DNA of 61,238 nt from Chiloscyllium plagiosum. Taxonomy: Eukaryota. Both the position numbers and the translations under genes were made by a program. Every line of letters starts with the position of its first letter. Position 1 is the first letter of the stretch. The notes below the pieces were generated by a model. That model was not told the origin of the DNA. It was given only the letters and a program-made list of their open reading frames with translations, and did no database searches. This document shows, in pieces, positions 1 through 12,400 of the stretch. Where the stretch lies: contig NC_057718.1 in the NCBI RefSeq assembly GCF_004010195.1, positions 98,551,184 to 98,612,421 on the forward strand. Direction: 5' to 3'.

Positions 1-378
1 GGATCTGATTGAGACATATAAGATGATTAAAGGATTGGACATTCTGGAGGCAGGAAACATGTTTCCGCTGATGGGTGAGTGCTGAACCAGAGGACACAGC
101 TTAAAAATATGGGGTAGACCATTTAGGTCAGAGATGAGGAGAAACGTCTTCACTCAGAGAGTGGTGGCTGTGTGGAATGCTCTGCCCCAGAGGGCAGTGA
201 AGTCCCAGTCTCTGGATTCATTTAAGAAAGAGTTGGATAGAGCTCTCAAGGATTGTGGAATCTAGGGTTATGGAGATAAGGCAGGAACAGGATACTGATT
301 AAGGATGATCAGCCATGATCATATTGAATGGTGGTATAGGCTCGAAGGGCAGAATGGCCTACTCTTGCACCTATTGTC
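1..378 (+). mobile_element. CR1 LINE 3' end (decayed)
   Basis: Typical CR1 C-terminal/3'UTR text (gatctgattgagacatataag...tggaatgctctgcc...ctcgaagggcagaatggcctactc); truncated by the window start. Confidence 0.85.
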
Positions 379-384
379 TATTAT

Positions 385-454
385 CATCTGATGAAGGAGC
401 AGCGCTCCAAAAGCTTGTGCTTCCAAATAAACCTGTTGTTGTGTGATTTTTAAC
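385..454 (+). mobile_element. Penelope-like terminal fragment with degenerate hammerhead motif
   Basis: CAT CTGATGA A GGAGC AGC GCTCC AAAA GC TT GTG (GAAA->AAAA); same family as 43139-44416. Confidence 0.75.
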
Positions 455-931
455 TATATAACAACAGTAAGTACAATTCAAAAGTATTTCTTTGACTGCA
501 AAGTGATTTGGGCTATCTATAGTCATGAAAGGTGCAATATAGATAGAAAAAAAACTAGATTTACATTTGATTATATTTTGCATAGGGGCCTATCTTATCC
601 CCTCCAACTGTAGAGTTACAGTTTATACAATGCATTGGCTGTTGCATAAGTTTAATTGTACTTCCTGCAGATTTTGTTAGCTGATTCAGTGGTAATCTAT
701 ACTATTTTAGCTGATTACTGTAATTGCACTAGGACAATGCCATTGTGTATAATTGTAAAACTATATTTGCATAGAAGTGCCAGCTATAAGCAGTGGTCAA
801 TGTTCATAATTTTATGCTATTTCCAGTTGACATTCTTCCCTCAAAAACCATACATGAGCAGGAGGAAGAATTGAAGCAACTTGACAATATCAAACAAGTT
901 CATTGACACAATAGATTAGGCAAATTGAATA

Positions 932-1141
932 AAAACCGAAGAAATGGAGTTGCTGTAAATCAGAAACAAAAACAGAAGTTGCTGGAAAAACTCAGCAGGT
1001 CTGGCAGCATCTGTGAAAAGAAATCAAAGTTAAGGTTTCAGGTCCAGTGTCCCTTCGAGTCACTGGACCTGAAACCTTAACTTTGATTTCTCTTCATAAA
1101 TGCTGCCAGACCTGCTGAGCTTTTCCAGAAATTTGTTTTTG
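932..1141. mobile_element. Fold-back Penelope-derived element
   Basis: Arms ~966-1050 and ~1058-1141 are reverse complements, with a one-sided tail at 932-965; degenerate 15-bp TSD taggcaaattgaata (917-931) / taagcaaatggaata (1142-1156); truncated hammerhead-like stem II+GAAA at the centre. Confidence 0.75.
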
Positions 1142-1278
1142 TAAGCAAATGGAATAGTCTAGGTTAAGAAAGCTTTCAGCATGGTCCAGAAGCTGCAATG
1201 AATGAAAATATACTTAGAGAAACTACTAATTATAAAGTCAGTTAGCTTTTTTTAAAATCTAATCTCTTTTTCTAATTA

Positions 1279-1508
1279 ACCTATTCAGAGATGTTATTAC
1301 ACACCTCTGGAGCAGGGGGGACTCGAAGTCAAGCATCTTGGTTCAGGGGTAGGGATGAGACCACTGCACCACGAGAGGACCCTCAAGGAATTTTTAGAAA
1401 AATAGATTAAATTTTTTAATCAGCCTGTTCAGAGATGTTATTACACCCCACTGGAGCAGGTGAGACTTTAACTCTGTCTCCTAGACCACTGAGCCACAAG
1501 AGGGCTCC
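1279..1508 (-). mobile_element. Two adjacent short tRNA-derived SINE copies (1279-1385, 1424-1508)
   Basis: Shared cct(a/g)ttcagagatgttattacac..ctggagcagg motif with B-box-like sequence on the minus strand; further copies near 23605, 26385 and 30795. Confidence 0.6.
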
Positions 1509-2357
1509 TACAAAGCAAACAAAGTAGTAACAGCTGTATTTATAGTATGGACTTCAGTACTGGTGGTACAATTAAGCAACTTATCTGTTTAATGGGATGG
1601 TAGATCTGCTGGCCCGTGGGGATTTCACAAGCGAACAGCAATCCAAAGTGAAAGCCAATCAATTTCCAAACAGTAGCAATTAGAAGAACCCATTTTGACC
1701 TGGTCTTACAAGCCAATAGTCTTTAAAAAGTCTACCAATTCTAATTTTGTGGTTGACGCTGGCTGTGTCAACCTCCTGTGTAGGTGCCAACAATAGCACG
1801 AAGCCCAATATTAAAGCAAATTTTAAGTGAAAAACAAAAATCATAAAAACCTTAATAAATCAGATAAGGAAAACAAATTAAATTTGTGAAAAATTCATGA
1901 CAGTAACCAATCTTTTCATTTTAAAATGGTTGGATATTCTCAACATCTGTCATTTTTATTTAAATTTTCATACAATGCACTGCAATAAATGCAATACACA
2001 AAAAGCTTCAAGTATTCACACGTGTCTTCATGTCATATCAGTTTACATCAAGATTGCTATTGAATTACTGAGGAACTCAATGGCACGTATTTACACAAAC
2101 AAGTTTTGACATCCCAAAGTAGTTTGCAAAAACTAAATGGAATGAATTAAGCCTGGAGCAATTGACCACTTGAATTCCAACTGTGCTAGAGACTTGTCTT
2201 AAAATATGTTAACTATGAAATTATCCTCATAACTGTTAAATACTCGGAGTCACTAGGCCTCGTACACATTACACTCACTACAGCACACTGCTGTAATATT
2301 AGAAATAATTTTTGTATATGTTTCTAATAAACATCCAGAGATACTATAGAATTAGCT

Positions 2358-2648
2358 AGTTTTGAGAAGATTTGTAGCTCAGGTTGAGGTTCTGGATGTA
2401 GGTTTGCTCGCTGAGCTGGAAGGTTCATTTTCAGACGCTTCGTCACCACACTAGGTAACATCAGTGATGCTCTGGATGAAGCACGAGTGGCATGGCCCAC
2501 TTTCTATTTGTGTTTAGGGTCCCTCGGGTCAGTGATGTCATTTCCTGTGGTGACATCATTTCCGATGGTGACATCATGATGCTACCTAGTATGGTGACAA
2601 AACGTGTGAAAATGAATGTTCCAGCTCAGTGAGCAATCCTATACCCAG
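2358..2648. mobile_element. Fold-back Penelope-derived element related to the 24.1-25.4 kb family
   Basis: 2395-2465 and 2577-2648 are inverted copies with decayed hammerhead motifs (..ctagtatggtgacaaaacg..); the gatttgtagctc tail is shared with 24131. Confidence 0.7.
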
Positions 2649-2705
2649 ACACTATACAATGTAATCAAATTTACATGAATGCAAGCAGAACCAGTGATAT
2701 GGACA

Positions 2706-4862
2706 GAGAGTCATAGAGTGTACAGCATTGAAATAGACCCTTCGGTCCAACCTGTCCATCCCGACCAGATATCCCAACCCAATCTAGTCCCACCTACCAA
2801 CACCTGGTCCATATCCCTCCAAACCCTTCCTAATCATATACCCATCCAAATACCTCTTAAATGTTGCAATTGTACCAGCCTCCACCATATCCTCTGGCAG
2901 CTCATTCCATACACGTACCACACTCTGCGTGAAAAGGTTGTCCCTTGGGTCTCTTTTATATCTTTACCTTCTCATCCTAAACCCTTTAGCTCTGGAATCC
3001 CCAACCCTAGGGAAAAGACTGTCTATTTATCCTATCCATGCACCTCAATTTTCTAAACCTCTATAGGGTCACCCCTTAGCCTCCGACGCTCCAGGGAAAA
3101 CAGCCCCAGACTGTTCAGCCTCTGCCTGTAGCTCAAATCCTCAAACCCTGGCAACATCCTTGTAAATCTTTTCTGAACCCTTAAGTTTCACAACATCTTT
3201 CTGATAGGAAGGAGACCAGAATTGCACACAATATTCCAACAGTGACTTAACCAATGTCCTGTACAGCCGCAACATGACCTCCCAACTCCTTTCGTACTCA
3301 ATACTCTGACCAATAAAGGACAGCATACCAAACACCTTCTTCAGTATCCTAGCTACCTGCGACTCCACTTTCAAGGAGCTATGAACCTGCACTCCAAGGT
3401 CTCTTTGCTCAGCAACACTCTCTAGGACCTTACCATTAAGTGTATAAGTCCTGCTAAGATTTGCTTTCCCAAAACGCAGCACCTCTCATTTATCTGAATT
3501 AAACTCCATCTGCCATTTCTCAGCCTATTGGCCCATCTGGTCCAGATCCTGTTGTAATCTGAGGTAACCCTCTTCGCTGTCCACTACACCTCCAAATTTG
3601 ATGTCATCTGCAAACTTACTAACTGTAGCTCTTATGCTCGCATCCAAATCATTTATGTAAATGACAAAAGTAGAGGACCCCACACTGATCCTTGTGGCAC
3701 TCCACTGGTCACAGATCTCCAGTCTGAAAAACAACCCTCCACAACCACCACCCTCTCTCTTCTACCTTTGAGCCAGTTCTGTATCCAAATAGCTAGTTCT
3801 CCCTGTATTCCGCGAGATCTGACCTTGCTAATCAGTCTCCCATGGGAAACCTTGTCGAACGCCTTACTGAAGTCCATATAGATCACATCTACTGCTCTGC
3901 CCTCAATCTTCTTTGTTACTTCTTCAAAAAACTCAATCAAAAAACTCTTCAAAAAACTCAATGTGAGACATGATTTCCCATGCACAAAGCCATGTTGACT
4001 ATCCCTAATCAGTCCTTGCCTTTCCAAATACATGTACATCCTTGTCCCTCAGGATTCCCTCCAACAACCTGCCCACCACCAATTCCCTGGCTTGTCTTTA
4101 CCACCCTTCTTAAACAGGGGCACCATGTTTGCCAACCTCCAGTCTTCCAGCACCTTACCTGTGACTATCGATGATACAAATACCACAGCAAGAGGCCCAG
4201 CAATCACTTCTCTTGCTTCCCAGAGTTCTCGAGTACACCTGATCAGGTCCTGGGGATTTATCCACTTTTAACCATTTCAAGACATCCAGTACTTCTTCCT
4301 CTGTAATCTGGACATTTTGCAAGATGTCACCTTCTATTTCCCTACAGTCTATATCTTCCATATCCTTTTCCACAGTAAATACTGATGCAAAATATTCATT
4401 TAGTATCCCCCCCATTTTCTGTGGCTCCACGCAAAGGCTGCCTTGCTGATCTTTGAGGGGCCCAATTCTCTCCCTAGTTACCCTTTTGTCCTTAATATAT
4501 TTGTAAAAACCTTTTGGGTTATCCTTAATTCTATTTGCCAAAGCTATCTCTTGTCCCCGTTTTGCCCTCCTGATTTCCCTCTTAAGTATACTCCTACTTT
4601 CTTTATACTCTAAGGATTCACTCGATCTATCCTGTCTATACATGACATATGCTTCCTTCTTTTGCTTAACCAAACCCTCAATTTCTTTAGTTATCCAGCA
4701 TTCCCTATACCTACCAGCCTTCCCTTTCACCCTGATAGGAATATACTTTCTCTGGATTCTCGTGATCTCATTTCTGAAGGCTTCCCATTTTCCAGCCGTC
4801 CCTTTACCTGTGAACATCTGCCTCCAATCAGCTTTCGAAAGTTCTTGCCTTATACCATCAAA
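2706..4862 (-). mobile_element. CR1 LINE, 5'-truncated, frameshifted ORF2 (reverse transcriptase)
   Basis: ORF fragments with [48 protein letters not shown]. Confidence 0.95.
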
Positions 4863-5429
4863 ACAGTTTTGTATTGATTTATCTGCTCACCAAACCTCTT
4901 GTTAAGCAAACTAAAACAATGCACTTTGCCCCAACTGACATCACTGAAATCTCCATGCTATTTATTATCAACAGACCCAAATTCATAAGGCCAATAGACA
5001 TTAGGATGGACTTCAGCTTAAAGTATGAAGAATAGCCGGATGGATAGGTAGATGCTATGATAGGGTTCAAAATCATGTGCTGTTTTCTAGGAGTAAGTAG
5101 TGAAAAACGCAGTGGAACGTAGTTGGACAAAAGGCCAAAAATAAGATGGACAGATACACATACAGACAAAAACACAAATAATTATAATTCTGGACACAAA
5201 ACAGATACTTAAGAGGTGTCTAGAGATGCACATCAAGTGCCATAAACTGCATGGCTATAGGTCAAAAGCGGGATTAATTTGAGTGGTTTGCTTTTCCAGA
5301 TGGTGCAAACATAATGGATAAGGTAATCTCTTCCTGTAATCTTTCTATAATGCTACATGGACAACACACAGATACAGGCATACACAAATATACCCAAGAA
5401 TAGCACAAAACTGCATGGTTGGTTTTCAG

Positions 5430-5700
5430 ACTTTAGATAGACATCGACAGGTACCCAAGAGTCAGTATTAGAGCCACTGCTTTGCCTGATCCATATTATT
5501 GATCTATAGTTGGTGTACAGAGTGCAATTTTAAAATTTGCATATGACAAAACTTATTGTAAACTGTGAGGAGGACAGTAACAGGCTTCAAAAGAACAGTG
5601 TTATACTGATGCAATAGGCAGACACATGGCAGTGAAAATTTAATGCAGAGAAGTGTGAAGTGATTCACTGTAAGGAAGAATGAGGAAAAGTAAAGGGTAC
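5430..5700 (+). mobile_element. Old CR1 RT fragment
   Basis: Decayed GVPQ/KFADD/W-F-N-KC region (aaatttgcatatgac, tttaatgcagagaagtgtgaagtg). Confidence 0.65.
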
Positions 5701-5984
5701 AAATTCATGCCGAGGTGCTTATAGCACAGTATTGTTGATAGGGTAAAGTGTACATACTCTTATAAAAGTTGAACATTTTAGATCATGTTTTTGGGTCAAA
5801 AGGCAAAGTGTCAACTTTTTGCAGTAATACTTTCGAAGGATTTATATGCATGCTTAATTTGGGCAAAAATAAATACTACTAGAATGATAAAGAGAAACTA
5901 GCAACACAAAAATTAATTCATTTATTACTTTTAACAGGACTATTTCATAAACACATACCTTTCAGCAGAAAACAACATAAATAC

Positions 5985-6510
5985 ATAGAATCATATAGTA
6001 CAGAAGAGGCCCTCTGACCCATCGAGTCTACATCAACAAATTTACTCTAAATGGACATTAGTCCCACTTTCCATAACCTTGAATTTTAAGACATTTCAAG
6101 GGTTCATCCAAGTACTTTCAAGGTTGAGGTTTCCCACCCCAAGTACCCTCCTAGGCATGCATTCCAAATTCTCACCACACTCTAGGTGAAAAGACTTTTC
6201 CTCAGATCCCTCATTATTAACCTTTTAACAAACAGGAATGCTTGCTTTCTGTCCATGGCCCTCATAATTTTGTACACCTCAATCCACTCCTCTCAGCCTT
6301 CTCTGCCTCGAAGGAAATAATCCAACTTATCCGCCCTCTCTTCATAGCTAAACCACTCCATCCCAGGCAATAACCTGGTAAATCGCCCCTGCACCAATTC
6401 CAATGCAATCACATCCTTCGTATAGGGCAGTGGATAGAACTGAATATAGCATTCCAACTGTGGCCTAATCAAAGTCCTGTAAAGCTTCAACATAACTTCT
6501 CTGAGCCATG
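5985..6510 (-). mobile_element. CR1 LINE 3' fragment
   Basis: ORF 6293-6547 with LYRTLIRPQLECYIQF and VQGRFTRLLPGM; CR1 tail near 5985. Confidence 0.85.
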
Positions 6511-7171
6511 CCTGATTATGATTGGGTGGTAAAAATCTAAGTTGCATGGAATATGAAGAATGACCGAGAGAGGGAGTTTAGAGTGCAACAGGACTGGGTC
6601 CAGGAAACCGTCCAAAACTGGAAGTCTGTCCGAGGAACAGAAAGATAATCCTGGTATAGAGGGAACAAGTGCCTTTCTGAATGGTCTTTAAAAGATAAAG
6701 ACTTTCAACCTTCATAATGCAACAGGGATGTCTACTTCCTGCCTGCTCTAACACGTGCCCCTTGCACATGCAAATGTAATAAGCTGAGGACTGCATAATG
6801 ACAGTAGAATAGCCAACCCAGTCCAAGCAAAAGTGACACATATTTCCATATCCGACAGAACTCCATAATAAAAGATTTTGCCCAAGGGGACTATGGGTTC
6901 TACAAACAGAAAAACTTGTAGAACTAAAACACACTCCTGAGGTGTGTGTTTTAGTGTGGTTTTGGCCAACAGGAAAACTGCAGGATACATGTGGTTAAGT
7001 AGGAATGCAGACGTGAATAAATTAATTGAAGAAATAGAAAAATGTTAATGATACAATTGAGTGAGCGATCTCAATACAGGTACCTGCGTTCATATGGAGT
7101 ATGACTATTTAATCTCTCAGTACATTTCTGGTAAAACAGGGGAAAAAACAGCGTGCCAGTTTCTTTGATCA

Positions 7172-7293
7172 TGTACTTGATGAAGGAGCAGTGCTCCAAA
7201 AGTTAGTATTTCCAAATAAGCATGTTGGACAATAACCTGGTGTTTGATTTTTAACTCTGTCCACCCAGTCTGACAGTGGCACCTGCATATTAT
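7172..7293 (+). mobile_element. Penelope-like terminal fragment, degenerate hammerhead
   Basis: ttgatgaaggagcagtgctccaaaagttag followed by the family tail ...ataacctggtg...tttttaac...cccagtc. Confidence 0.7.
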
Positions 7294-8840
7294 GTTCTAA
7301 CAAATGCAGTGTAGATCCTGACCTGGCCTTTTATCCTGTGAATACTTAACAATTGCATAAAATATAATTGTGTCATTTCTCATTTTAAGAAGTGTTTAAG
7401 ACTCTGAGTTAAAAAGAAAATTCAGAAGTTACAAAGGTGAAATTACTACCTTGGAATTTATCACGCCAAAAATCTCTATCTAACATAGTTGAAGAAAACA
7501 AGGAAACTTCCCCATTTCATCAGGTTGAGGCTGTATAAATTCTGACTTAGAAAGAGACAAAAGGTGAGCATAACATCTCTATGTTGTATTAACACAAAGG
7601 TCTGTGTTTTTATGGAGGTGATGGCAAGATCAAGTCAAGAAGCTTCCTGATCTGATAAATCCATCTCCTTTCAAAATACCTTCAGCAGCTATATTTTCTG
7701 GTCCAAGGAGATGAGGACAGTATGGAGTCAGCTGTCCAGAGGAATATTGTTGCCATATCTTGATGGTGCAGTTAGTGAGAAGTGAAACTAATGTCATTAA
7801 ATAATATTTAAGAAAACAAAGCGGGGGTAAATATTGAAAGAATTGTCCATTTTTAGTATGCAGTTGTCAAACTTCAATTAAAATGTAACTAACGACATTA
7901 AAATGAAAGAGACAGTTAACTATAAGGATTTAAGAGTGAAGGAAAGAGAAATATTACCTACTGCCTGGAAAAATGACAAAAGTACCTCATCAAACACATG
8001 CACAAAGACAATAAGCTCAAAAAGGAAAGGTATCCATTTAGACAGGAACATAAAGGGATTTGTAGTTTAAATGTCTTAGCATCATGGTGTTAAACTTTAA
8101 ACCACATAATTGATTATTCAGCTGTTTGCCACCGCTGAAGATACTGGACAAATTGGTAAATCCTGAGTTCAATAAACAATTGTTGTTCAAAGTTGCTTTT
8201 TCACAGCGAAGTGGCTTTTTGGGCTATAAAACAGAAGCAGGGAAATAAGAGTTTCTAGCAACCTTGCTATTATCCACCTTGTTTGTCCTCTCCTGAACAA
8301 AAGCAAGTTACTGAAATATGCATTATGTTTTTCAAGCTGAATGCTCCTTCGGTAAACTTTCGTCCCTAGATGTGTGAATATATCATCCAAGTGTGAGGAA
8401 ACAAGATATGCAAATTTCTTGATGTCAGAGTCTCAACACCTTTTAATTAAAACAGTAGTTTTGATGCAACCAGATCCACATGTTCCATGTGGATTACCTG
8501 GGCTTGTCGGGTAATCAGATCAGCCCTTTTTGCAGAACCATTTTTAGTTCATTAAAGTCAGATGATGAAAGTTGAATATTGACATCTCATTTTCACTACA
8601 ATCGTAACAAAATCTACAACAAAGGGCCCCAGTGTTTAAAATTTGTGCCCAATATCAGGCAGAGGCTACATGTCCTCGAATGTCTTCCTGAAGAAAGTGG
8701 AATTGCATTATTGGGTCAACTGAACATCAATCTCTATAGAAACATCTCCATTATCATTAGCAGGTCACTATGCCTTGAGTTTAGGACATCATGTGAAAGT
8801 CATTTCCAGTTTGAGGAAACAGAAGGAAATTTTGAATCAC

Positions 8841-9053
8841 TAAAAAAAAGGAAAACACAACAGGTCAGGCAGAATCCATGGAGAGAAAGCAAGCTTAATG
8901 TTAAGCCCAGATAAGTCTTCATCAGAGATGACAATCATCTAAAATCTAAACATTAGCTTGTTGTCTCTCCATAGATGCTGCCTGACCCACTGTGATCTCC
9001 AGTATTTTTTGTTTTCAATACAGGTTACAGCATTTGCAGTAATTTGCTGCTAC
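8841..9053. mobile_element. Old fold-back Penelope-derived element
   Basis: Inverted arms ~8862-8905 / ~8945-8990 plus tail; degenerate TSD aaattttgaatcac / aaacttttaatcac; cttcatcag (CTGATGAAG on minus) near the centre. Confidence 0.6.
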
Positions 9054-9687
9054 AAACTTTTAATCACAGTCAGTAGCTTCTGTTAATTAGAGGTTTGTGG
9101 TACAAGTACAGAAGCCATATTTAGGCTTAATTCTCTACTAGGAACTTTGGGTAACCCTTGGGGAAAAGTTAAAAATAATAGCTGTGTGTCACACTGTGGC
9201 AAGACCTGGTGGCATGCAAGATCATTGTGGCGTCCATTCCTGCTCTTGCTGGTTCTCTCATTTGCTAAGAATGAAAGTATAAACTCGGTTATCTCAAAAA
9301 TGTAAAGAATGTGAAATATGATGGCAGTCCACCTTTAAGAGAAAAGTACAGGCATCCCACCCTTGAGCAACTTGAATGACATTAATACACTGAACAGGTG
9401 ATGAGTTACCAAGGGAATACAGGGTGTTTCACTTTTAAAATTTGGCAAGCTGCTTTAGCATTTTAGTACTCAACAGGTCTGAAAAGAAAATGTGTAATTC
9501 CAAAAATGTGGGTAGTCATCAAAATACAATACCTCACAACTGACTACTATCATGTTTGCTGTCAGGGACATGTTCAATAATGACACAATTGTAATTAATA
9601 AGAAACAAAGTAATATGCAATGTAAAATTTTCAAACAATTAAATGTAGATTTTTGCTGTTACAGCACTCAATGTAAAAAGTTTTTTT

Positions 9688-9980
9688 TTAGATTAGATTA
9701 CTTACAGTGTGGAAACAGGCCCTTTGGCCAAACAAGTCCACATCGACCCTCCGAAGAGTAACCCACCCAGACCAATTCCCCTACATTTACCCCTTCACCT
9801 AACACTACGGGCAATTTAGCATGGCCAATTCACCTAACCTGCACATTTTTGGACTGCGGAGGAAACCCACGCAGACACGGGGAGAATGTGCAAACTCCAC
9901 ACAGACAGTTGCCTGAGGCAGGAACTGAACCCGGGTCTCTGGCGCCGTGAGGCAGCAGTGCTAACCACTGTGCCACCTTG
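9688..9980 (-). mobile_element. HE1-type V-SINE
   Basis: Minus strand: tRNA head ggtggcacagtggttagcactgctgcc, V-domain gtggagtttgcacattctccccgtgtctgcgtgggtttcctcc, CR1-derived tail ending in (taatc)n. Confidence 0.9.
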
Positions 9981-11014
9981 CTGTTATGGTTATGGTTAAC
10001 AGATGGAAAAGTAGTAACGCTGCCTAACTTTGCTGCAGGGCAAGTTTGATTTTATTTTGCTATTTGAAAGGACTTTGTCACACACATCAGCAAATTCAAT
10101 TCATAATGATCCCTGCTTTATTAGAAAACAATATGACAGTGAAAAAGACTCAAGCTCAGCAAAGATTAATGTTTTGTTCTGATTGTTCAGAACGTTAGTG
10201 GTTTTTGATATGTTTGTATTTGCTAATTATTATATCTTTCAGCAATATTTCAATAATATGCAGTGCATACTGTTTAGTACTTTAGAACTGTTTTTACATA
10301 GCTGAGATATCTCCATTTCTGATTCAAACAAATTTGATATGCCTTTGAAGTTAACAGCTGTTTAAAGCATAACAGATAAAACTTTGAAAGACTGCACTGC
10401 ACTTTCATTGAAACTATTCTAATTAGTACATGTCCAAGTAAATCATTATTCATAAGTCTGCATAATGGCTTACTAAATGTTCCATCTAAATCGAAGATCT
10501 AATTAAAGGTTGCACATTTATGTACATCTTTATATTCACTTATTTGTACAATTAAAATACTGTTTGTTGATTTTCTGGACCTAATTTCCCTAACAGTACT
10601 CCTGCAAATTCAAGAAATGGATTGATCAGTGCTATAACTTTCAACTGAACCATGTTAAACGAATATTAGATGATTCTCCATTCTCACTTGAGGGGTTGGC
10701 AAAACAATTCAAGCAAGTCTCCCTGGAGCTGCAATTGACCTTAAAAGACAATTTCAGTTTTCTCCAAACTTATTTTTTTTTTTAAGAGGTACATAAAATG
10801 CAAAGAAAATATTTAATGAGGGTCAACAAATATCTATACATTCTGCGAAGTTGTTCCTTCATTAAATCATGGGGAAGTTTTGTGAAATTGTACAATATTA
10901 AATAAATAATAGCAAATCAGGATCTGTATTACATGGCCCTGGTTTTTTACTTTCACGAACAGTTTTTCTATTCTCAGACAAAAATAATATGGAAATGTGA
11001 TACCAAATCTTTAT

Positions 11015-11395
11015 AATCGCAGATGTTTGGGGCCTTGGATGGTAAGGAGGAAGGAAGTAAACAGGCAGGTGTTATACATTCTGTGATTACAGGGTAAGTG
11101 CCATGGGGTTGTAGGGAAATGTTGGGAGTGAAGGAGAAGTGGACTTGAGTGTCCCAGTGGGAGCAGTCCCTGTGGAAGGTTGACAATGGAATAGAGGAGA
11201 ATAAATGTCTGGTGATGGCATCCCACTGGAGCTGGTGAAGCAGTGTCTAATGATACTAGTAGATGAGGACCATATTGCTGTTGTGGGAGGGAAGACGGAG
11301 TGAGGGCCGAAGTGTGCTGGATGGGTTGGACCCAGCAGAGGGCCCTGTCAATTATGGTTCTGGGGAACCCTTGGTATAAGGTGGTGATGGACATT
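11015..11395 (-). mobile_element. Old Penelope-like ORF fragment
   Basis: Decayed similarity to the region upstream of GIY-YIG in 28005-30356 (GFP..IIDRAL, ..IQGPK). Confidence 0.6.
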
Positions 11396-11399
11396 TTAA

Positions 11400-12400
11400 G
11401 TTTGTTGATGGAAAAGGGAAAATCTGATCCAAAAAGGGTTATAGTTTAGGGAGGGAAGATTTTATTAAAATCAGGCAATCTGGTCAATCTAAACTGGGAA
11501 TAGCTACTTCTAGGTAAGCCTACAGTTGACAGCGGTGTGGGCGGATTCAAAATGGAACTGGCGAGAGTGTAGACCCAACATGCTCCCTTTAGGCTGGAAT
11601 ATAGGAGCAACAAACCTAGAGAACCCTGAATTTCTAGGACTTTCAGAACTGGATAAGGAAGAAAGAGAGGCTTTTAATTGGTAGCAAATCAACAGAGTAT
11701 AGAAAGTGCAGTGGGGGGGCTTAAGAAAACAATTAGGAGAATAAGACGAGAAATGAAGAAACACTGGCAGATAAGAGCAGGAAGAATCCCAAGATATTCT
11801 ACAAGTAAATCAAGGGTAAGAGGATAACCTGGGAAAGGGTAGAACCCATTAGGAACTAAGGGAGCCAATCTGTATGTGAACCTGAAGAAAAGTGGTAGGG
11901 TATTAAACAAATACAAATACATCACATCTGTCTTCACTTTGGAAATGGAGAGTGTAGGTACAGAATTCAGAAAAGAAGAAATGTGAGGTTCTTAAGTATT
12001 TTGACAGAGGGAGTGAGGAGGTATTTGAGGTTTTGGCTGCCTTAATAGTGAACAAAACCCTGGTTCCAATGAGATATACATCTCTGAAGGGGATGAGGAA
12101 GGAAATTAAAGGGCTCTGACCCGAATTTTTAATTTCACTCTGGCCATAGGGGAGATATCAGAAGATTGAAGGACAGTTAATGTGGTTTCAAGAAGGGTGC
12201 CATAGATAAATCAGAGAATTAAAGACCAGTGGGACTTACATCATGATAGGGAAACCACTGAAAAAAATCCTGACAGACAGAAATAATCTCCACTCGGAGA
12301 GGCAAAGTTTGATTTGGGATCGTCAGCATGCTTTGTCAGCGGGAAGTGATGTCTAACAAATCTGATAGAATTTAGAGATGGTGACCAGGTGTGTACATGA
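11400..12400 (+). mobile_element. Old CR1 ORF2 fragment
   Basis: Decayed KENPK.FY, F.SVFT, PGP and QH.F motifs (cgtcagcatgctttgtc). Confidence 0.75.

Noticed and set aside
9905..9980. tRNA gene
   Set aside because: tRNA-derived head of the HE1-type SINE; no complete cloverleaf
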